A DNA stretch of 64,000 bases from Octopus bimaculoides (lineage: Eukaryota). The stretch covers positions 21,316,857-21,380,856 of the forward strand of contig NC_068986.1 of NCBI RefSeq assembly GCF_001194135.2. The letters are read 5' to 3'. This document shows, one piece after another, positions 12,759 to 24,938 of the stretch. The translations under genes and the position numbers were made by a program. The first letter of the stretch is position 1. Every line of letters begins with the position of its first letter. The notes under the pieces are model-generated. The model made no database searches, was not told the DNA's origin, and saw only the letters and a program-made list of their open reading frames with translations.

Positions 12759-15700
12759 TTTCTGAAAAATAATAATATATTAAATTACTCTTTTTATGTA
12801 CTTGTTATTTAAGATGTGCTTGCAGTAGAGTTAACCTGACAGGTTTATATTGCATTTGCACAACCCATAACCTAAATCAATGAATTGAAACAAAAGGAAA
12901 CATTATATAAAATGTTGATGATCAGTTCTGTTGCCTGCTAACAAAATAATACCAATCGAAAAGTAGATTCAATTAACCTTTTTAATACCAACCTATCTGG
13001 GTCCACCCCTGATTCTACAATATAAATCTCTTTTAAAAGTAATATCACTTAAAACCTTCCATCAAAATTTCGAGTTAATTTTGTGCTTCAAATACTAACT
13101 TAATAACGAAAAAATTATTTTAGTAAATTGTTAAATATTTTCAGAACTAATTGAAATATAGGCAGTGTTATTTCAACAGCATAGAGAAAAATTTCCAGAA
13201 ACCATTAACTTAAATGATGGTTATCATTAATTTATTTAGTGCTGATGGCATTTGCTGAAACTTCCACTGCCTGAAGATTTCTGATCCACATTTTAATCAA
13301 ATCAAACACCATTAAGAATTTTTGCAAATTTCTCTTTAGCCAAGAAAATTTCTTTCTACAAATATTTTCATATAAGTGCAAATCAACTTTTCTTTAATCT
13401 ATATTATTGGCATAATGACGTTCCCAAGATACAACAAAGTCTTATCTGTAAACTTTCTTGAAAAAAAAAATTGTTAGCCATATAAATTCTAGAAATTGAG
13501 GGCTCAGTTTTCATTACTTTTTTGAGCTTTATGCTTGCAAATTATACCTCATATTTTGACTGTGGTTAATAATTTAGAGCCTGGATGACTGATGCATAGC
13601 ATACAGACTATGCAAGTCTTCTAGCAAACAGTTCTAAAATTGCATTGTGAAAATTATTACAGACTGATACACAAGCAAGGCAAGTGTGACTTTCATGCCA
13701 TAATTCAAGACTGGTTTAACATTAAACATTTGACCTAGAGATTTGGCATTAGGAAAGGCATCCAGCCATAGAAAACACTACCTGTGTTTTGATTTCAAGT
13801 TAGGTCAATTCCTATGTATTTTCCCAGATTAAGAAAATGCTTCCATTATTAACTAAACTGAAAATGACATTTTCAGTTCAATTGATTAGTTTGTTGAAGT
13901 ATAAGTATTTAACTGTTTATTAATTTACAGAAATACAAGAAATTGTGAAAGAAACTGCCAGGAATTAAAGATATCTTCAAAGAGATTAAGGAGAAGAAAT
14001 CCATTTTGACAAGAAAGGATCATGAAAATGATTAATATTTTGCTCCACAAAACATCTGTAGGTTAATGATTTCATATTTTAGCACAAAGCCTGTAATTTT
14101 AGAGAAGGGTGTAAGTCCATTCCACTGACTCCAAACGACACCAAGAAGTCAACTTGAATGGAATTTGAAGCTAGAATGTAAACAACCAGAAGAAATGCTG
14201 CTAAGCACTTTGTCTGGTGTGCTAAGAATTTTAACAGCTCTTCACTTTCTTTTAGATTAATAATTAAAAAATATTAACACACACACACACACACACAAAG
14301 AAAAGAAACCAATTATCTTAGCACACAACTCAGACTAAATTGATTTCTTCTAAGTAAATGGTCATTTGTGTAGGTGATGATGGGCACAATCATCAATAAA
14401 TAATCCACTTTGGAATTTTATTGTCTTCTTGAAACTGAGTTGGTTTGCTACTAACTTTTAAACCTAGAAAGTCTGCACTAGTGAGCAACAAAGCAGTAAT
14501 TAAGGCAATCAATTCATAAATTTGGAAGACTTCCAATGTATTTCTCGTGTTAACTATTTTCAAGATATTTATTTTGTAAGTTCCTAAAATTAAAACGAAA
14601 TGCCCAACAGAATACGAAACTCATGATTAATGAGCTAAACAAAAAATTAAAAAGGTGCAAATAATCTGCGTCGCCAAAAAATATATTACCTAATCGAAAC
14701 ATTAACAATTATTCCAAGTCGTAAACTCCATCAGTGAACCTCTATAAATATGTCTAACATTTTTCCCAGAAGTACCTTTTTTTTTAATATATCGCTACTA
14801 CATTTTAGTCATTTTAAAGAAAAGAACGGCTGGCTCCAGTTTAGCTGTCAATTATACGAAAGTATATCCCAGCTGTTTGTCGGAGTCGAATCAATCGTTA
14901 CAGGTTAATTCTAAAGAAATTTGCAAACCTTTCTTCTTTTGTCTTTGCTCACTTGGCATTTAAATGACCAGCCTGTGTATTTTAATTAGAGAAAAAAGAA
15001 ACAGCTCCATGTATACGAGAGAAATAGCGGTATAGTAATGGAATCGTAAGGATGCTACACTAGCCAGGATCTATCGTGCCATACTTCGATTGTGGCACGC
15101 CTTGGTTTGATTAAACTGGCTTTAAATAAGTACCAACTGAATGTCCAGTGCAACAGCTATAACCTACGAAAACTTGTATGGGAGGATTACATATAAAAAA
15201 AAACACATGGATACATCAGTAATCGTTAACATCCAAAAAGCGATGCCTCAGAAACTCCAAGACATCAATCAATCGTTTTAAATGATGATATACGAACTAG
15301 ATCCAACCATCTGTTTCCCCTTGGAATCTAACCTTTCAATACTGAACACAAATGTTTTCATCAGAAGGTCTTTGAAGATAATTTGACAATTTGCAATATA
15401 TTAGTGAGTAACAAATATATTAAAATAAAAGGTTTCTACAGTAGCTATAACATAGTTATCACTGATTTATCGTACGTAACAATTTGTAACGGGTACCTTT
15501 GTGGGAATAAAATTGCAGATTTAACAGCTGTTTAAGGAGTCACTATAAATGAAATGTGGGTATAGGTAGACTATAATGTAAATTGACTTATTTATATTTT
15601 TAGATTATCCTTTTTGGTGATCTTTTCAACTCAGACTCGAAGCAAATTGCTATTTAAATAAGTTATCAAATTTAATAGTTCAGAAATTCCATATGGCAAA

Positions 15701-16245
15701 TCGAAGACCAAGTTGAGTATTATTTCTGCATTGATATCGTAATAAAAACGTCATTGGCTTAATAAACTAAAAAAGGGTTTCCATCTATAAACATTTGGTT
15801 TGGTTATTACCTATTCCCCAAAACTTTCCAGGACGGATCAGAGAAATTTTAATTGATGATGGATGTCTCAAATTACGTAGGAGTGAGGCAAAATGATAAA
15901 AATATATAATATCGACAGGCCAAACTTACAATTAAGAACTAGATAGCATAAATGTTATTTCAATATAGACATCCAAATTATTTCTAATAGTGAATCTTTG
16001 GAAAATGTCTGTAGAATAAAGCAACAAGAAAACTCATGACACATGAAGAAGCAGTTTTCCATTGGCAGCCATTTGTTAAGCAGCGTGGAGACATTCTACA
16101 CGTGAATTTTAGGTTTTTGCCTTTAAAAGGATAGAGTAAAAATTGTATCATACAAATATTAATTTGAAATGGAAATGAAGTAATCATGCAAAGAGAATAA
16201 TAGGTGTGAACAGGCCAATTAACGTACTAAACAGGTAAAACTTAC

Positions 16246-16300
16246 CGCGAAGTTTTACTGAATACGCCAAAATGCGGGTAGTAGTCACCAAAAACGGACC
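16246..16300 (-). other. EIF3C: Probable non-coding first exon of eIF3c (upstream end approximate)
   Basis: Strong CG|GTAAG donor at 16245-16241 in a CpG-rich patch. The ATG exon begins with an acceptor, so an upstream non-coding exon is required. Confidence 0.55.
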
Positions 16301-16520
16301 GGATGTGAAGTTATTTTGTTATCAAATTTAAATTAGCAAATGTGTTTTGAGAAAGCTATCTAAATTCAGAAATATTTTGAACTTATATGAAAATTGAAAT
16401 ACAATAATTAAATAAATGATATGTTTATTAAAGAATACTTTATAACATTTCCCATCATGCATTTCGGTTAGCCGGGAAAACGTGACTCGAAATGCCGGTA
16501 TTCTTAAGGCTTTTGTAGGT
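16250..16520. promoter_or_regulatory. Candidate bidirectional promoter (eIF3c / divergent plus-strand transcript)
   Basis: CpG-retaining segment with an ETS-like ACCGGATGTG near 16298-16307; divergent splice donors at 16245 (-) and 16519 (+). Confidence 0.4.
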
Positions 16521-18989
16521 AATAAGTGCTTGGTGGGATTCAGTTATGTCAATACGGCTGTAGTATTTATAGTATATACAAGTCAAGTGTTTTCTTTTTG
16601 CTTTTATGCAGCTTCTGACAGCTATTCAAGTGACTCAAATAAAGTAGTTTTGTTTGGGAATGGACTTTGAATTAATCACCGGCGTGGCATCTCTGATATG
16701 AGCATTCGAGCCAATGCAATAGATAGTTTCGTATGGCTTAAAGTAGAGACACATTGAATACAGTATGCTTTAAAATAGTATGAGATTATAGCTGGAACAT
16801 CTGATCAGACTTAAACGTCTAAGTACATTAGATGGCCTCCTAGTTTAGAAAGGTGCATAATACTATTATATTGGCGGTCCTTGAGTTCTACATTCAAGGA
16901 TCGCCATATATTTATTTTCAAAGTCAAGCATTAGGTATTAAAGGGAAAACCTACAAATATTGACACCTGTCGCATTGAAAAAGGATTGTTTAACTAGAGA
17001 CATTAGCATTTAAAAAAATTATTTCAAGCTGCTAAAGACTGTTCCTAACTAAATGAATGATACACAAACATTTAATTCAAAGAGAAAACTTTTTAACTGA
17101 TAATTTTATTTCTTGTCATTTCGTTTTGATTCCCGAATGAAAACTTTTCACTAAAATTTCCGCGTTAGCCCTTGAAAGTAAAAGCAACATAGTTTCCTAC
17201 CATAGTTTCTTTTTCTTACTTTTTTTCAGAAAAAAGTATAAAGAATTCGTGTATTATTTTAAGAGTGGGATAGCGTGCTAGAATAAAGCCATGAGTCATG
17301 TCCCTTTACATTCTTTGTCTAAATCCCGCTCGAGTCAAAATTATTCAATATCCATTTACCCATTCTGTCACAGATTTAAATAATTTAATTTCAAAACCAG
17401 TAATGTGAATGACAAAAGGCAAAGACCAGATTAGTTTTAGTATGGTTTCAAATTTTGGTACAAAGCCAGCAATTTTAAGGGGAGGGGTTAGTCGATTACA
17501 TCGACCTTATTTTATCGATCTCAAAAGGATGAAAGACAAAGTTGCCGCTAAGCATTTTGTCTGAAACGCCAACAATTATGTAACTCGCCGTCTTCCAGAT
17601 GTGATTAATAGAAGGCGGCAAGCTAGCAGAATCGTTACATGCTGAGCAAAATGCTTAGCGGTATTTCGTCCGTCTTTATGTTCTGAGTTCAAATTCCGAC
17701 GAGGGTAAATAATATAAGGACCGGTTGAGCACTGGCGTCGATGTAATCGAGATTACCCCTGTCCCGAAATTGCTGGCCTTGTGCAAAAATCTGGAATCAA
17801 TATGATACACAAAAAGCTGAAGGAAAGCCAATGGTATGGATTTAGGTAATTTGGACAAATTGTAATCTACTAAATGACGTATGTCGAAAATTACAACGAA
17901 CTAAAATTTTCCGTTTAGTTGCAGACAGAAAGCGAAAAACTAGCAGCAATGCTAGTAACACTAAAAAATATGAAGATAATTTCAAGAAAATAATTTGATT
18001 TCATAAAATTCTTAATTTTCATACTCAATGGCAAATCTAATCTGGCCAGCCACTTTAGCACATGTTTCGTTCTAGTTAGTCGTCATCGGCGAAGCATTGT
18101 CTTCTCAACCTTTCTTTAATCAGTGGACAGGATTTTACAAATGAGGAAAGAATTCTGTCACGTATAATTGGTATCAAAAAAGGAGCTATGGGAAATAATC
18201 TTGAGGGTGCTGAAATTACAAATAAGTGTGAATTTTGTTTTGGTTTGTTTTCTCTCTCGCTAGGTTATACAAACTGATTAACCCTTAACTAACTTGAAAT
18301 AAGAAAACGAATCGGCAACTTCAGTATGAACAGTGACGAACATACACATTGTATGTATGTATTCATCTGATGGTTGCTCTTTGTCAGAGTATAGACTTTG
18401 TGTAATCTTCCAGTAACACTGAGGACTGAGCTAACAAAAGTCTAGTAGTCCTGTTATGAACATCTATGGTGATAAGTCGAAGAGAAACGAGAAAAACCAC
18501 GACCACTCCTTCTTCAAGATTCCAACCGTGGAAATAGCAGATGTAGATAACAAAAATAGTTGGTATAAATAACGTATGGAACCACATCTCTTCTATATTC
18601 CCCCCTACAGTCCGTAATAGAAGGATCCATTGGATGATATGTTTCTTGGTTGACTTTGCATAGGAAAGGATGGGCTATTCATAGATGGATGCCTTTAATC
18701 ATAAGTATGCTCGATCACAGATGAACTGTGGCCAACTATCAACTATAAAAGCAATGAAACGCAAAAGAAAACGCACTATATCTAAGCAGATATATTATCT
18801 TCAAAAGGCACTTTTCTGGAACATAATAGACACGTTGATTAGTAAATACTAGATCTATTCATTAAGGCATGACTACAGAAGTACGTCTTAGAAAAGCATA
18901 CTTTAAATTTTCCAGAGATACATTATAGAGAGGATAGATTACGATTAAGGTGACTAAGCTCCCAAGGCGAAAGCAATGGATGGGGACCT

Positions 18990-19330
18990 ATTTTCTATTT
19001 TCCGTTCAGCCTCAGACTGGGAAACGCAAGTGGACCTGAGGGGCAGAGCAGTCTTCCTAGGGGAGACAGGGGTAATATTATGCTGGTCAGACATGTTCCA
19101 GCTCTCCAGTAATACAAAAAGAATAACTGTGGTGGAACCTACAGTGCCCTGGAAGGATAGACTCGATATTCCCCACCAAAGAAATCGAAATATCATCACG
19201 CAGTCGACGAGAACCTTGTCAAGGGTTGGCATGCGGCCTCATTCTTCATTGAGGTCGGCTGCTTTCCGTCTAGGTCAATGCGCTATATCCAGCAGAAGAT
19301 AGGTTTGGAACCCAGACAACTGAAAAAAAA
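18990..19330 (+). mobile_element. Decayed HERO/NeSL-type (restriction-like endonuclease) non-LTR retrotransposon fragment
   Basis: SASDWETQVDL...F...DMF.LSS.TKRITVVEPTVPWKDR and, after a frameshift, FIEVGCF resemble the HERO RLE signature (DW...DL...PD.....K...ELTVPWE...EVG.RGF). Confidence 0.75.
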
Positions 19331-21804
19331 AATCAAGGAAATAGGCACTGCAATTGAAACTAGCAAAGTATCTCTGATGTTTATTTCATCCAGTTGCGCA
19401 TTGGAATCGATGTAACCGATTAACCACCTCCCACATATTTTCACCTTTGTGCCTGTAGTAGATATGATTATTATGCTGGCAGATTTTTCTGGAAAACTGG
19501 AGTAAATATCATCCGAAACACCTCAAAAAAACTTTTTTTTTTTTTCAAAGTTTTAAGATAATCGTAACCTCTACCCTCAAAAACGTATCTGAAAATTTCG
19601 CGTTTTTAAGGAAGTTATGAGGAAACAAAGTCGATGAGGGGGCACAGTTCTGTAGTTATGCCTATTATTACTTTATAGACAAAAGTATTTTCCTAAAATT
19701 GAGTCAAGATAAGTTTTTAATGAAATCTCTAAGGGGGGCACCTTACTAATTAACATGTTGATCACGTTACTGTCTGTATAGTCATGTGATTGTTATAATG
19801 AAAATGGCGAGTTTACATTCGCCTCATACATCTATGGGATAGTTTACAAACAAAACACAAGATGAAGATCCGGTCACTGTGGGTGTATTACATGGGATCG
19901 TCGGGAACATCTCAGAACCTAATATTTTCAAGGTCTTTTTTTACATTTTTATTTTCCCATTATAACAGTTACATAGTTGAAGTGTACGTCGTCTTTTAAT
20001 ATAAACAAACTTGAGGGTGGCCCTTATTTTTGTGTTGATGTGTTTGTTATAATGTTCGTATGTAATTTGCATTCGTTTTACTGGATTAGTACTTAATAAA
20101 ATGTATTTCTAAAATAACAATTTTTATTAAAAAATCCTGGATAAAACTATTCGACTGTTCACATCTGCTTATGACTAAGCTTTGAGAAATCTATGTATCT
20201 ATAGATGTACGATGTATTGATATATATGTATATGTTTACTAACGTACATATGTGTATGTAACCTATTGTATTATTTATGTCCATACAGGCATATGGTTAA
20301 TTAGTTAGAAATATAAACACAAAGCAATGTTGTGCTCTTCAATCGTCATAAAATAATCGACCCTGTCCATTTATATATGTATATATAATTTCTGTGTATC
20401 CTGTAATATGCTTAGGGAGTATAAATAACGATTACTACATTCAGATGAATACTTTGGATTTGCCAACTACTATAGCATATGTGTAGTCACACTCAAATGA
20501 GTATAGCAATCATAAATTGTGTTATCTTTATAGTTGAACTGGAAGTTCAATCTATTCGGTAAGGTGACGTGGTTTCTGTTTTAGGTGTAGGTGTACTCCA
20601 TAGACTAATAGCAAAAATCAATGTACGGACATCTCCGGTATGCGGACAGTGGTTGAAAATAATGAATATGACTGTTATTCCTTTTTATTAGAAGAATAAT
20701 AGTTTGTTTAATGATTTCTGTAACAAGCATTTTATTTTTCAAGCTAATGAAATAAACTGTAAACATTAACCAAATAAACTGCTTTGCTTCAAGTATTTCT
20801 TGGTATGACAAACAATTTTACGCGTAACATCTATCATAATTTACTCTCTTCACTTTATTGGTTTGACTGTCTGTCTTCCACTTCACGACAGAACAGTATG
20901 TTAGATCTCTTTAAACCCCCAAGTGAGTAATTTTATCTTTTATATTGATTACTTCAGTAAATGCATGGTATATACATACTTTCCAGTCTTCGTTTATGAA
21001 CTCGAGACTACTTCAAAATTAATGCTTCGGAGATGTACTTGTCTGGCAAGTGATTTGATCTGAGACCATGTTGAAACTAAAACAATCACTGCGTGGAAAA
21101 CACATATCAGCCATTCAATAATGCATAAAACCGTTAACTTTATTAAGAATCTTATATTTGATGCCATAATTTTCGTCGCAAAACTCATAATCATACAACA
21201 ATTGTCATTCTCCATTGTACAAACACTAAGTACCGGTTGTCGGGTTTGCATATCGAAAATGCTATGCTTGTCGAGCAATAATTTTATTTAACTGTTCAGA
21301 GCTTGATTAAAATATTGAAAACATAGTATCTTTCATAATATCTGGAACTTTACAATTACAAACAGCTCTATTTATCATTTCTTCTCTCAACTAGTTACAA
21401 TATTCTCTCTCGGAGAGGAACGATTCCGGCAAGGTGACTAGTATTCCAACATTGCTTTTCACGATGGAGACCCTATATTTGTCAAAAGACTTAGTTTATC
21501 TATTGTGTCTGGGGAGAGGGATTACGTGTGTGTGTGTGTTTCTAGTGCAAAGCTTATTATTATGAATACTATATTAACCTCTAAAGATGAAACGGGATGA
21601 CTTGAGCTAGGGGCTGTAACGTACCAAAGTTCCTGTGAGATGTCTTGTTTGACTCCCCTCTGTATGCACTGTCCCAACGCACGCCTTTGTATTCTAAAAT
21701 ATAAAGAGTGCTAAAAATAGCAGCCAAATTATTTCAAATCACACCCTACCATCTTCAAATAAAAGAAATAGACACACTGGACGATGTAAACATATAAAAA
21801 GATG

Positions 21805-21874
21805 GGTACTACTAAAGCAGCGCGGACCCGGACGCGCGACTGCGCGTTCGGGTCCGCGCTGCTTTAGTAGTACC
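21805..21874. mobile_element. 70-bp all-TIR palindromic micro-MITE, Merlin-like
   Basis: 33-bp arms (21805-21837, 21842-21874) with 32 Watson-Crick pairs and one G:T, loop GACT; perfect TSD AAAAGATG at 21797-21804 and 21875-21882; GGTAC termini. Confidence 0.8.
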
Positions 21875-22019
21875 AAAAGATGTACATGACGAAAGCACCT
21901 TTGGCCATAAATCAGTACAATGCATATATACTGAAACATAGGTGTGTGTGTGTGTATACAAATGTAAATATCGAACAATGAGAATGAGTGCTCCATACCG
22001 CATTGGTTGATAAAGATTC

Positions 22020-22189
22020 ATTTGTGTATTAAGGCTACCAGTGGTTTCATGTTAAGAAAATATCTCAACAATTCTTCAAGTATATCACAGAAAAATTGGT
22101 GTTCATTGGCATCTTTCTATGTGATCAGCTTAAAGAATTGCTGAGATATTTTCTTAACATGAAACCAATGGTAACTTTAATACACAAAT
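22020..22189. repeat. 170-bp foldback inverted repeat (probable MITE)
   Basis: Arms 22020-22080 and 22129-22189 differ at 5 of 61 positions; weaker pairing continues inward. Confidence 0.8.
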
Positions 22190-22229
22190 AAAGTGTGTGT
22201 GTGTATATATATATATATACTTTATCGAA

Positions 22230-22712
22230 ATCAAATTCGCTGACGTGGCCGATGATAGCACCGCCTGACTGGCATCTGCGCTAGTGGAACATTAAGAGCA
22301 TCATCCGAGCGTGATCATTGCTAGGACCACTGACTGGCTCCCGTGCCGGTGGCACTTAAAAAGCACCATTCGAGCGTGATCGCTACCAGTGTCGCCTTAG
22401 TGGCACGTGGAAAACCACATTCGAGCGAGGTCATTGCCAGTGCCGCTGGACTGGCTCTTGTGCAGGTGGCATGTAAAAAACACCTTTTGAGTGTGGCACT
22501 GCCAGTACCGCCTGACTGGCCCTCGTGCTGGTGGCAGGTAAAAGCACCCACTATACTCAGAGTGGTTGGCGTTAGGAAGGGCATCCAACTGTAGAAATTT
22601 TGCCAGATTAGATTGGAGCCTGTTGCGGCCTCCTGGCTCACCAGTCCTCAGTCAAACTGTCCAACCCATGCCAGCATGGAAAGCAGACGTTAAACGATGA
22701 TGATGATGATGA
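22230..22712 (+). mobile_element. RTE 3'-UTR-type repeat with about 5 internal 65-70-bp tandem units
   Basis: Repeated GAGCG..TTGCCAGT..ACTGGC..GGTGGCA..TAAAAAGCACC units followed by the common tail and (GAT)n. Confidence 0.85.
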
Positions 22713-24811
22713 TATATAGTCTTGGCTATTCCCTTACTCATTGCTGAAGGTCAGGGACCATGAGCACATGCACCAGCTCTTTCCATTGATTCCTTTGGTT
22801 GTGCAATATTCAGCCAGAAATCTTCTGATCCATTTTTTGATGACATCCAGCCAACGTCTTTTTGGGTTTCACCCTTCCCCTTTTTCCATTGATCTTCCCT
22901 GTAGTGTGTGCTAAGGTTCTGGGCCCTGATGTCATGCCCAAAATATCACAAAATATTTAATAATTAGTACAACCTGAAAGATAGGAACAGCTGTATCAAG
23001 GACATGAAGCATTTTTGATTTCCAGCATTAAAAGGAACTGCAACAACCTTCCATCATGTAATCAATATCTATGTAATTGTTCCAACATCAACTTTTGCAT
23101 ACTTAATCACAGATATCTCAGTAGAGTTGATACACTGTGCTAAAATGAAGTTAGCTGATTGAAGTGGACAAACTTATTTTGATTTAACAGTATACCTTTA
23201 AAGATAGATGTACACAACACATATATACTTTTAAACCACCAGTAAAAGAAAAATACCACCTCTCTCTCACTGTTTGTATGGTAGTTAAAAGTTGAAGGAC
23301 CAACAAACTGTGTCTAATGGTAGAATTTTCCAAACTATGTTCTGGAGGATCTGGATTATGTTTTTTTCATTTTGCTAACCTGGTGAATTCTAAAATGTCA
23401 TAAAAAGTTTCTCCTTTCAATTTCCATCTCCCAAATCCAGTCACAAGACTGTGGCTACAGTAGAAGATACTTAGCCAAAGTACTTTACAGTGGGACTGAA
23501 TCTGAAACCACATGGTTGGGAAGCAAACTTCTTAACTACAGAGTCATTCCTTTTTGCAACTTGTATATATATATAGGGGCAAGCATAGTTAATAAGCTTG
23601 CTTCCCAACCATGTAGTCTTGGGTTCAGTCCCACTGAGTGGTACCTTGGGCAAGTGTCTTCTACTATAGCCCCAGGCCAATCAAAGCCTTGTATATATCT
23701 TTGTTTTGATATCATGTGTTGGTTGTAAACGAGCATCACCATCATACAAGTGGTGTCGTTTGTTTCTAGTGTTTCATGGAAAACATATCTGGCCATGGGA
23801 AATATTACCTTCCTTGAGAACAAGTGAGGGTTGGCGACAGGAGGGACACCTGGCTGTAGAAAATCTACCTCAACAAATTCCATCTCACCTATGGTAGCGT
23901 GGAAGGAAAAAAGGACATTAAATGCTGATGATGATATCACATGATTTAGATATAAAGGTTGCCTTAATTTATGCTTAACACATACTTTCTTGTTGTTAAA
24001 CTCCCAGCAAACCTATAGCATGCAGTTATTAAAATACATAACTATGTAAAACCTAGATTTATCATTCTAGATATATTATATCTCTTTCTAGCTGACATAC
24101 ACTGCTTAATTGTGTGGGATGCGATGTTGCAATTTGGATATATATTTTCTCCACCATCTAATCTATTTTTCTATGCCTGTTGTTACTTGGACCCAAATTG
24201 ATTCTGATCAAGCGAACCTATGATCAAAGGCACTCCAAGTCATGACCATCCATCTTTTTTTTTATCTCAATATAGTATACTTTCGGTTACATTTTCAAGT
24301 GTGTTCTTCATTTTTATATTATGACAGTAGGTTACTTGTACAATACAGGAGTATCAGCTCAGACTGTTTGGTGATGTTGCTTGATTCTCCGAGTTAGATC
24401 CTGCATATTGTGATTGTGTTCCCTTCTCTGAGGATCCAGCTTGGGTGACAGCTCATGTTGGTCTGCCACATGGTCATAGTGGATAAGGAAGTAGCTTGCA
24501 GAAATAGGGAGTGACTAAGACACTGCTCAGAGGGTTGCCTAGGTCAACCTGAGTAAATACCAACAAATGGTAGCTGCAGTGATGCACTGCAACGATTCAT
24601 GCCCCAACTATCTGACCTCAATAGATTTGATTTGAGAGTGATTTTGTTGCTATTTCTCGCAAAGTATGTGACTATTTAGAGGCACTTTTAATACCTGATA
24701 TTGTGGCTGTGGTAGGTGCAGGTAAGGTTGATTATATCAGAGCACAACAGTTGCTGATTCTCTGCACTTATTATGGGTTCTATACATCATACTTATCTAA
24801 TTATTTTGCAG

Positions 24812-24938
24812 GCGATTTCCTACAGTTGAGAAATGGACAGTCCTGACTGAAAAAGACCAATATGTTCCAATTCCACAGAATACTGAATTTACAAAAAACC
24901 TTTTTAATTGCATCAGAACAAACTCTAAATTGAACAAG
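24812..24938 (+). CDS. AP5M1: AP5M1 exon (RFPTVEKWTVLTEKDQYVPIPQNTEFTKNLFNCIRTNSKLNK)
   Basis: ttttgcag acceptor, GTATT donor, phase 2/0; homologous to RYPTVEKRA...YVPVP. Confidence 0.92.

Noticed and set aside
18440-18575. THAP-like HSFFKIP fragment on the plus strand
   Set aside because: Lacks the N-terminal cysteines and is closed by stops; at most a decayed transposon trace
20994-21278. 94-aa hydrophobic minus-strand ORF (TTG start)
   Set aside because: No recognisable family, no consistent splice partners; a weak resemblance to NUS1 N-termini could not be extended
22230-22560. Regularly spaced repeats resembling a CRISPR array
   Set aside because: Units are degenerate tandem repeats inside an RTE 3' UTR, with no unique spacers or cas genes, in eukaryotic DNA
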